A stretch of 64,000 nucleotides of DNA from Phycisphaerae bacterium. Lineage in GTDB: Bacteria; Planctomycetota; Phycisphaerae; UBA1845. Below the pieces are notes generated by a model. It had not been told where the DNA came from. It ran no database searches and was given only the letters and a program-made list of their open reading frames with translations. Made by a program: the position numbers and the translations under genes. The DNA lies in contig JAJDEB010000036.1 of the NCBI GenBank assembly GCA_029260015.1, forward strand, positions 842,554 to 906,553, written 5' to 3'. Shown one piece after another: positions 18,988 through 26,261 of the stretch (within the stretch, counting starts at the first letter, position 1; each line of letters begins with the position of its first letter).

Positions 18988-21228
18988 TTAGGGTGCCGGC
19001 TGCACGGGCAAAATTTCGGGGTTTCGGAGAGTCGGTTGCCGGTTTCCGCGAATCACCAGTAGCGCCGCCGGTACGAGAATGGGTCGAACCACAAACGTAT
19101 CGACGAGTACGCCCAAGGCGAACGCCATGCCCAATTCCTGAAAGAACGGTAAACCGGTAGCGGCCAACGACCCGAGCGTTGCGGCCATGATCGCCCCGCA
19201 ACTGCTGATGACGCCACCGGTCCCGGCGATCGCTTTCTCAACAGCCAGCGGAAGCTCGTGTTGCTTATTCTCCTGCAAGATGCGCGTGACCAGAAAGATG
19301 TTGTAATCCTGACCCACCGCAACCAAGATTACAAACGCAAAAAGTTTCACCTTCCAGTCGATCCCCCCTTGGCCCATGACGCTGACAAAGAACCATTCAG
19401 TGACACCCAGTGTCACGAAATAGACAAGCAGGGTCGCAGCAATCATGACGATCGCCAGGAGCAGATCGCGAACGAGAAACACCACAATTAAGAAGATGAT
19501 CGCGATCACCAAACCCGTCACGCGAACTTCATCTTTGTCAGCCACCGACTTGATATCGAGAATGTACGGCGTCAACCCCGTCGCGAAGACCTGCATGTTG
19601 CCGGAAGAGCCTCTTTGCGCCCATTCTTCGATATCACCGAGGACCGACGCACATGATGTCATCGCAGCGTCAGAGAGGGGTGGCGCGTCGAGCATGACTT
19701 CTACCCGCATCGCATTGGCGTTTTCAGAAAGGTAGTACTGTTTCGATTGTTCTCGGCCAACGTCTGTTGCTGCCAACGTCGCAGTCATTGATCTTTCGGG
19801 GTCGCCCAAGGGTGTCGCCAGGCTCCACACGTCGACAACATGCTTATTCTTGCGGCAAATACTGACCAGTTCTTTTGAACGCTCTAGCGCTTGCGCAAGA
19901 TCGCCAGCCACGCCATCGCCTTTGAGAATACAGGTCCAGGAGAACAACTGCTCCGATGAAAAGTGTTTTGCGGCAAGTTCCTGTCCGCGTGCAGCGCTAC
20001 TGTCGGTTGGAATTACACCCAGTGCATCATAGGTGTAATGCACGTTCCATCCGCGAATCACCGGTAGTGCGAATAGCAATAGACAGCACAGCACCGAGCG
20101 GATTGGATGGGCGACGACGGTTCGGGCGATCGCACTCCAAACACCGCCAGACCCCTGACTCGGCGCATGTCGACGGCGACGCGGCCAAAACAAGCCTCGC
20201 CCCAATACGACGGCCATCGCGGGTACCAGGGTTAATGCGGCCAGCAAAGAAACCGTCAGTGCGACTGCCAGCGCCCGCCCGGCATTAAACGATGGCAGAA
20301 GCTTGGCGGCCATCAACATGGTGAGACCGCATATTGTGGTCGCAGCGCTTGCAACAATCGCCGGTCCCGTCACGATCGTACTTTTCGTCGCGGCATCGGG
20401 CCTGCTGTCGGACTTTGCCAAACTGGAACGGTACTCGGCCAACCAGAAAAGCGCGTAGTCCGTCCCCGATCCGAACAAGAGCACGACGACGATGGTTTTC
20501 TCAATGCTCCCCAACTCCCAGCCGGCACGCGTGAGATGGTTCAGCAGCATGATCGCGACGATCACGCTCAGGCCAATCGCACAAAGCGGAACACTGGCAG
20601 CCAGCGGCGCTCGGTATACGATCACCAAAATCACCAACAGCGCCAGCAACGTCACATGGGTCGTGCGCTCAAAGGCTTCTTCTGAAGAATGCACCAAGTC
20701 GCGACCAAGCCCACCCTCACCGGTCATCTCATATCTCAAACCGGCAGGTAGCGATTCGGCAATTAACGAATCCATCGTTTCAACATCGTAAACCGAACGG
20801 CGGGTGAGGTAGTTCGTGTCGGAACAAACCACGACCATTACCGATTGACCATCCTCCGATCGCAAGCGACTCTGCATGAGTGGCTGAGTGGTTGGCGATA
20901 TGACCGTCCAGCCGCGCGTTTGGCCCAAGTCGCCGTGCAATTCATTCGACAGGTTTGCAATGAACGATTCGTGTTCGGGGGTAAGCGATTCGTCACTTTC
21001 GAAGATGATGACCGTCCGCGTGCGTGAGGCGATGTCGGGGAACGCCTCGCGTTCGAGAGCAAGCGATTTGTTGTACGGTTCGTCAGCCGCAAGCAAGGAG
21101 CGCGGTTCAATACTCGCCAATTGCTCGGGAGATGGTGTGGTATAGGCAAGACACGCAGCAACAATGAGCCACCCAGCGATCCAACGGACCGGATGGGTGG
21201 ACACAGTTATCGCCAAACGCGCAAACAT
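18988..21228 (-). CDS. MMPL-family (RND superfamily) transporter
   Basis: 746-aa ORF with two 6-TM bundles. GSGTDYALFWLAEYR and VGQDYNIFLVTRILQE are the duplicated MMPL motifs. It lies 27 nt upstream of the NRAMP gene. Confidence 0.8.
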   Translation of the reverse strand: MFARLAITVSTHPVRWIAGWLIVAACLAYTTPSPEQLASIEPRSLLAADEPYNKSLALEREAFPDIASRTRTVIIFESDESLTPEHESFIANLSNELHGDLGQTRGWTVISPTTQPLMQSRLRSEDGQSVMVVVCSDTNYLTRRSVYDVETMDSLIAESLPAGLRYEMTGEGGLGRDLVHSSEEAFERTTHVTLLALLVILVIVYRAPLAASVPLCAIGLSVIVAIMLLNHLTRAGWELGSIEKTIVVVLLFGSGTDYALFWLAEYRSSLAKSDSRPDAATKSTIVTGPAIVASAATTICGLTMLMAAKLLPSFNAGRALAVALTVSLLAALTLVPAMAVVLGRGLFWPRRRRHAPSQGSGGVWSAIARTVVAHPIRSVLCCLLLFALPVIRGWNVHYTYDALGVIPTDSSAARGQELAAKHFSSEQLFSWTCILKGDGVAGDLAQALERSKELVSICRKNKHVVDVWSLATPLGDPERSMTATLAATDVGREQSKQYYLSENANAMRVEVMLDAPPLSDAAMTSCASVLGDIEEWAQRGSSGNMQVFATGLTPYILDIKSVADKDEVRVTGLVIAIIFLIVVFLVRDLLLAIVMIAATLLVYFVTLGVTEWFFVSVMGQGGIDWKVKLFAFVILVAVGQDYNIFLVTRILQENKQHELPLAVEKAIAGTGGVISSCGAIMAATLGSLAATGLPFFQELGMAFALGVLVDTFVVRPILVPAALLVIRGNRQPTLRNPEILPVQPAP

Positions 21229-21319
21229 CGGCGCGTTCTATCGGTTGGATACAAGGGTGTCAAAGAATATTCGGGCGACCGCACCAAAGCGGTTCCGACG
21301 CACACTCAAAATATGCAAG

Positions 21320-21910
21320 TTATTTCTTCACCCGACGGAGCAGCGTAACACCGCCAATGAGCATGATCAGCGCCGTCGCCGGTTCGGGTAGAACGGTAAA
21401 ACTCATCGAACCTTCGATCGGATCCTGCAGCCCTTGACCTTCGCCAATCGAAACCAACTCACTGACGTCATCCGTCGTATTGCTGATGCGGACTTCGTAG
21501 ACGCCGGGTAACATTCCGGTCGTGTCGATCACAACATTTCCCATGTCGATACTGCTGAGCGTAATGGCATTGTTGTTATTGTCCGACATGATCAGCACGT
21601 CATGGGTGTAACCGCCATGTTCACCCGAATCGATGTCCGGTGGATCAACATTTGCAAAGGCAGCGGTCCAGTCGGGGTCATAGGTAAATGACAAACCGGC
21701 GACCGGATCTTCCGAGCCAATGAGAATGAACGCAAAGTCGTACGACGAAAGGGTGCTGCCCGAGAGCGAAATGTCTGCTCCAATAGGCGTGCCCGCTAGG
21801 ACACTCGTCGAACTGGTCGGTGAAAATGATGCAGTCACCGTCGCAATTACAGTCGATGCGCTCAAACAAACAGCGAGTGCCGCAACTTTGATTTGGGTAA
21901 GTCCCTTCAT
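21320..21910 (-). CDS. PEP-CTERM sorting-domain secreted protein
   Basis: The C-terminus VLPEPATALIMLIGGVTLLRRVKK is a PEP motif, a TM helix and a basic tail. I start at the ATG at 21910 (signal peptide MKGLTQIKVAALAVCLSA, GGAGGAGG upstream) rather than the longer ORF starting at 22126. Confidence 0.8.
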   Translation of the reverse strand: MKGLTQIKVAALAVCLSASTVIATVTASFSPTSSTSVLAGTPIGADISLSGSTLSSYDFAFILIGSEDPVAGLSFTYDPDWTAAFANVDPPDIDSGEHGGYTHDVLIMSDNNNNAITLSSIDMGNVVIDTTGMLPGVYEVRISNTTDDVSELVSIGEGQGLQDPIEGSMSFTVLPEPATALIMLIGGVTLLRRVKK

Positions 21911-22023
21911 CTGACGTCCTCCTCCTGAGATACCTATCCCTCGAAAGCTTCTTTCCCGTCTGCAGCGCGTCAGGCCACCCGGCCAACCAACCCTGCAAGC
22001 AAAGGCCCAACGTAAAAACAAAA

Positions 22024-22070
22024 AAGAGAGCAAAAACCGGCGCGCGGTTTTTTCTCTCTCGTGTTCGGCA
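22024..22070 (-). terminator. Rho-independent terminator (minus strand), about 260 nt downstream of the YeiH-family gene
   Basis: On the minus strand, a GAGAGAGAAAAAACCGCGCGCCGGTTTTTGCTCTCT hairpin is followed by TTTTTTGTTTTT. Confidence 0.6.
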
Positions 22071-22332
22071 AAATTAGTTGTACGAACGACTCCCCTACCC
22101 CTTTGACCGAAACCCCTTCCGATCAACAGCGGCTATTGTGCAGGCGCACCGATCTGATCGCAAGCACAAACTCGACAACCAACTTGCGATGCGCGCCTGT
22201 GAGTTTGGGGCAAATGCCCTACATCAGTCGCGATGTGGTTTTACTATTTCAACATTTGTGATGGATGGTGATTTTGATTTGAAAAAAACTACTGCGGGGC
22301 TTTAGTGATTAGGCATTTCGAAAATTCTGTCA

Positions 22333-23625
22333 TTAAGAAAATAACTGCACCAATATCAAACTCACCACACCGAGAACAACACTTGCACCCAATCCACACA
22401 GAATCGCTTTGCCGCTGACGCCGCCAAGAACCCGCACGTTGACCTCAAGACCGATTGCAGCCATCGCCCAAATTAACAACATCTTGCCACACCATGCCGC
22501 AATCATCGTCAGTGAAACCGTGTCGGGCATGCCCCAGCTTCTCACCGAATCAGTGGGTGAAAACATCAGCGTCGGAATCAGCCCCAACGTCCCGAGGATG
22601 GCCATCGCTGCAAATCCCCAGACGAACCACGGAACCAAACGGGCATAGTGAATGACAACGGGAGTATTGGTGTCGGTTGGGTGGCTATGGCGCCGGGCGT
22701 AAAAGATTGCCAACACGCAGACTAAGGGGGCCAACAGTGCGACTCGAACGAGCTTCGCTAGGGTGGCCATCGTTCCCGCTTCCAGGCCATAAGCATAGCC
22801 AGCCGCCACCGCCTGCGGGACCGCATGAACGCTGGTGCCTGCCCATATGCCAAATGAGCTCTGGGTAATGTCAATCATCGTACCAATGACCGGAAGCACA
22901 AGCATCGCGACTAAACCGAATAGGTTGACCGTACCGATCGAAAGCACCAGGTCTTCATCATCGGCATCAATCAATGGTGCGACCGCGACAATCGCGCTGT
23001 TTCCACAGATACCGGTGCCGACGCCAATCAAAAGCGCGACGCGCTTGCCAATCCCCAGAAGCTTTCCAAGATAAACGGCTGACAACATCGCCACGACGAT
23101 GCACACGACAATCGTCAATAGCACCCCGATCCCAACGTCAGCCAAGGTGATCAGATTCAGATTGGCGCCGGTTAGAACGATCGCGATCGGGATGACTTTC
23201 TTGATGATTTTTTTGCAACCGGCGGTCGCTGACGTCATCGCCGGCCCGAGATTCCGCAGCAGCAACCCAAGCAAGATCGCAATGATCGCAGCGCTGATCG
23301 GTCGGCCAGTTCCGGAAGGTCCATCAACTAGAAACGGCGCGAATGGAAGATAGTGAACACCAATCGCCGCAGCAGCGACGACGGCAGAAAGCACCATTCC
23401 GGGCAGTACCGAATCAGCTTTTTTTGCAGTCGATGTCGGGCGCGGAGATGTCTCAACGATCGGGTCGTAGATCCCCTCCATCGAACCGAGCGAACCCAGC
23501 GCTTCAAGGCTGACTGAACCGAGGTAGCGCGAGACGGCTGCCTGCGTGTCGGTATCTGCCGCTGGTCCGGAGGTGGCGATTGAACTTGAGGACGTACCGG
23601 TCAAATACCATCCCCTTCGATGCAA
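22333..23625 (-). CDS. YeiH/UPF0324-family membrane protein (putative sulfate/sulfur-oxyanion exporter family)
   Basis: Polytopic ORF. LLIGVGTGICGNSAIVAVAPLIDADDEDLVLSIGTVNLFG is the family core. The start is uncertain: 23625 overlaps the upstream gene by 25 nt, and the alternative ATG is at 23481. Confidence 0.75.
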   Translation of the reverse strand: MHRRGWYLTGTSSSSIATSGPAADTDTQAAVSRYLGSVSLEALGSLGSMEGIYDPIVETSPRPTSTAKKADSVLPGMVLSAVVAAAAIGVHYLPFAPFLVDGPSGTGRPISAAIIAILLGLLLRNLGPAMTSATAGCKKIIKKVIPIAIVLTGANLNLITLADVGIGVLLTIVVCIVVAMLSAVYLGKLLGIGKRVALLIGVGTGICGNSAIVAVAPLIDADDEDLVLSIGTVNLFGLVAMLVLPVIGTMIDITQSSFGIWAGTSVHAVPQAVAAGYAYGLEAGTMATLAKLVRVALLAPLVCVLAIFYARRHSHPTDTNTPVVIHYARLVPWFVWGFAAMAILGTLGLIPTLMFSPTDSVRSWGMPDTVSLTMIAAWCGKMLLIWAMAAIGLEVNVRVLGGVSGKAILCGLGASVVLGVVSLILVQLFS

Positions 23626-24152
23626 CCGACGACCATCGGGCGATACTCGCCGACGACGCTGTTGGTCAGCGAATAGGTGGCCATCCTCAATAAGGGTGGC
23701 GAATAGATATGCAGCGTGACGAGGTTGTTGCCCTCTTCCTGCAGATTTGAAATCTGATGGGTATCGTGGTCCTGCGACACCGACACGCTTTCCGTCAGGA
23801 GATCGACGGACTTAACCGGCTTGAACAAGTTCGATGGTGTCGAAGCAAATCGCGTCTCGGTGACAACACCGGATAGCACGCGCACACCACATGTCGACTC
23901 GGCATGATCGTGAATCGGACTTCGCTGGCCGCTTAGCCAACACATCACCAGCAACTGATAGAGCGGCCCTTCGTGAACGAGGTTACGCTGATAACCATCC
24001 GGTCTAAATCGTACGAACTCCGCGACGTCGTCAATGCAGACGTCAAGCGATTCAAGATGACCGCGCAATTCCTTCACGCTGGCTCGTTCAGTCAGCCCAT
24101 CGAGGTAGTTCTTTAGTGATTCCAGTTTTTGAATGCCTGTCGCCGCGCCCAT
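23601..24152 (-). CDS. Cysteine dioxygenase type I family (cupin) protein
   Basis: 183-aa ORF. YQRNLVHEGPLYQLLVMCWLSGQRSPIHDHAESTCGVRVLSGVVTETRF ... DTHQISN ... VTLHIYSPPL follows the CDO/thiol dioxygenase pattern, including the metal-binding His residues. Confidence 0.8.
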   Translation of the reverse strand: MGAATGIQKLESLKNYLDGLTERASVKELRGHLESLDVCIDDVAEFVRFRPDGYQRNLVHEGPLYQLLVMCWLSGQRSPIHDHAESTCGVRVLSGVVTETRFASTPSNLFKPVKSVDLLTESVSVSQDHDTHQISNLQEEGNNLVTLHIYSPPLLRMATYSLTNSVVGEYRPMVVGCIEGDGI

Positions 24153-24217
24153 TGTGCGCCTCCTCCAACTACCCGTGTGCCCAATGCACAGCTATGTCGC
24201 CCGATTGATAATCTTCG

Positions 24218-24721
24218 TCACCTTGATCTTAGCAATGTTTTGGCTTCGCGTTTGAGTTTCTCGACGATTTGAGTAGATCGTTCACCAGTCGCCGTAATAC
24301 GCAACGTCCGGGAATCCTCTGCCAACACCTCAAATTCGATGCGGACGTGATCTTCGGGGATGCACTCCTCGACGCGATCTGCCCATTCAATCATCACCGA
24401 CCCACCCGATTCACACATTTCATCGAAGCCGAGGGCGTCCAATTCCATCGCTCCGGACAACCGATACGCATCCAGATGAAACAGCGTAAGCGTCCCGGGG
24501 TATTCATTGATCAAAGCGAATGTCGGGCTGCTCGCCGTGCAGTCGGCAGGGATTCGATTCCCCGCAGCAACTCCGCGCGAGAATATTGTCTTGCCAGCCC
24601 CGAGCGTTCCAATCAAGGCAAGAACGCTGCCGGCGACCAGGCTTTCACCCACCGCACAGCCAATCGCCTCCGTCTGTTCCGGGCCAGTCGAAGTTAGAAC
24701 CAATTCCACATGTTCACTCAT
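24218..24721 (-). CDS. tsaE: tRNA t6A37 biosynthesis ATPase TsaE
   Basis: 167-aa ORF with Walker A GTLGAGKT, SPTFALINEY and LFHLDAYRL. Its start overlaps the thiL stop by 1 nt (TGATG). Confidence 0.85.
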   Translation of the reverse strand: MSEHVELVLTSTGPEQTEAIGCAVGESLVAGSVLALIGTLGAGKTIFSRGVAAGNRIPADCTASSPTFALINEYPGTLTLFHLDAYRLSGAMELDALGFDEMCESGGSVMIEWADRVEECIPEDHVRIEFEVLAEDSRTLRITATGERSTQIVEKLKREAKTLLRSR

Positions 24722-25635
24722 CAGAAATGCTGCCAGCCCCTCGGTTCAATCGGTGATTCATCGTCGCCGGATTTCAGCGTCAGTCCTGTCGAATTCGTCA
24801 CCACGCCAAGTGGAATCAACCCCAAATCGTTCGCAACGCTGTCGTCCACGTTCGCGGTCAACAGCAGTTCATAATCTTCACCGTCGGAAAGCACATGGTC
24901 AATCCGCCTGCTTTCATTGGATTCGACTTCGCGAAGGGCTGGCGACGCGACCTGTAAGACGTCCAACCGGTCGAGCGTTGCCCCCTTTTTCGACGCGGTC
25001 ATCATCCGGTCCAGATCGATACCCAGTCCATCGCTGATGTCCATCATCGCGTGCAACTTGCTTCCAAGCGTCGAAGCGATTCGTCGGGCTTCGGTCACGC
25101 GCGGCGTAAACGTCATGTGACCACCGTAAATGCTTCCACCCAACGGTCCCGTTACAAAGATGCGATCGCCAACTTGTGCCCCGCTCCGTCGAACCGGTTC
25201 GATGCCCGGGAATGGCTCCGCAATGATCGCCACATCTATGACCAGCGCATGATGCCAACTCGTGGTGTCACCGCCAATCAGTGCGCAATCGAATTCATCA
25301 CAAATACCGATGACGCCCTCCATGATCGCCCTGGCGTCTTCGATGGAGGATTCCTTGGGAAGTGCCAACGACACAACAACACCTTTGGGGCAGACGGCCA
25401 TCGCGGCGCAGTCGCTGAGACTGCAGGCAGCCGCTTTCCGCCCAATCATTTCGAGCGAGTGCTGCTTCGAGTCAAAATGGACCCCATCAAGCAGCATGTC
25501 AGACGACACCAGAATCTGACCGCTTCCAGTGGCGATTCCGCCCATGTCATCACCGATGGGTATCGCCCCGTCGATTGAGCTTGGTCGGCATCGAGACGCC
25601 AACCAGTCTGCGAATTCGCGTTCGTTTTGCCCCAT
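24721..25635 (-). CDS. thiL: Thiamine-monophosphate kinase
   Basis: 304-aa ORF with IGDDMGGI, VSSDMLLDGVHF, GRKAAACSLSDCAAMA and IGGDTT motifs of the AIR-synthase-like ThiL family. Confidence 0.85.
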   Translation of the reverse strand: MGQNEREFADWLASRCRPSSIDGAIPIGDDMGGIATGSGQILVSSDMLLDGVHFDSKQHSLEMIGRKAAACSLSDCAAMAVCPKGVVVSLALPKESSIEDARAIMEGVIGICDEFDCALIGGDTTSWHHALVIDVAIIAEPFPGIEPVRRSGAQVGDRIFVTGPLGGSIYGGHMTFTPRVTEARRIASTLGSKLHAMMDISDGLGIDLDRMMTASKKGATLDRLDVLQVASPALREVESNESRRIDHVLSDGEDYELLLTANVDDSVANDLGLIPLGVVTNSTGLTLKSGDDESPIEPRGWQHF

Positions 25636-25716
25636 GCGGACCAGTATAAACCGTCTCGGTCGAAGTGAAATCCGAGCGATTCAGCCAAAACAGCCCTTTT
25701 CGCCGATCGTGCCCCC

Positions 25717-25744
25717 TTGCAGGCCGTTTTGAGTCGAGTATTCT
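25717..25744 (+). promoter_or_regulatory. Candidate sigma-70-type promoter of rpmH (-35 TTGCAG, 16-nt spacer, -10 TATTCT)
   Basis: Read from the sequence; about 65 nt upstream of the rpmH ATG. It rests only on resemblance to the consensus. Confidence 0.35.
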
Positions 25745-25811
25745 ATGTGGCTCAGCACCGAAACGGTGAAATCACTGGCAGCACGCGAAACCCGAATTAG
25801 AGGATGTCACA

Positions 25812-25952
25812 ATGCATTACCCACACAGACTCAGCAAAATCAAAAAGAGTCGCAAGCAGGGCTTTCGCGCCCGCATGAAAACGGCTGGCGGACGAAGGAT
25901 CATCAACGCCAAGCGTCGTCGCGGCAATCACAAAGTCAACGTCGCAGCCTAG
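25812..25952 (+). CDS. rpmH: 50S ribosomal protein L34
   Basis: Absent from the ORF track because it is under 60 aa. My translation is MHYPHRLSKIKKSRKQGFRARMKTAGGRRIINAKRRRGNHKVNVAA*, which carries the L34 signature ..SK.K..R..GFRARM.T..GR.....RR.KG. GAGGA lies 7 nt upstream. Confidence 0.9.
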   Translation: MHYPHRLSKIKKSRKQGFRARMKTAGGRRIINAKRRRGNHKVNVAA

Positions 25953-25967
25953 TTTAGGCGCAAGCGT

Positions 25968-26107
25968 CATCTTGCGGGTTGCGCTCCACTGACAATCCCG
26001 AGTCTGTCATTTCCTGCGCTCTGCCGTCATTCCCGCGAAAGCGGGAATCCAAGCCCCGCGCTTTACTCATCGCTCGTTCTGGACTCCCGCATGCGCGGGA
26101 GTGACGA
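25968..26107 (-). repeat. Double-hairpin intergenic repeat, copy 2 of 3 (reverse orientation, 140 nt, with a nested 27-nt insert)
   Basis: Its reverse complement aligns with 13404-13508 end to end, apart from an extra 25988-26014 flanked by TGCGCTCC/TGCGCTCT. Confidence 0.9.
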
Positions 26108-26261
26108 ACCACTCGTATTTGAGCTTTCCGTATTCTCAGCAATCGGGAGATGGTTCTGCGCGCAAACCGCCAAAATTGCTCTACCCTCGGTTTACAGCGA
26201 TACTCTCATCAACCGTCAAGAACCCTAAATCGAAGCATGCCCGCCCGGGAACAGGAGATGT

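Noticed and set aside
21911-22126. 72-residue N-terminal extension of the PEP-CTERM protein ORF
   Set aside because: The internal ATG at 21910 has a strong GGAGGAGG SD and starts a proper signal peptide. The extension is Arg/Gly-rich with no features.
25745-25957. 70-aa ORF from the track covering the rpmH locus
   Set aside because: It is in a different frame from the 46-aa reading frame that gives a textbook L34 sequence with its own SD. The track ORF is spurious.
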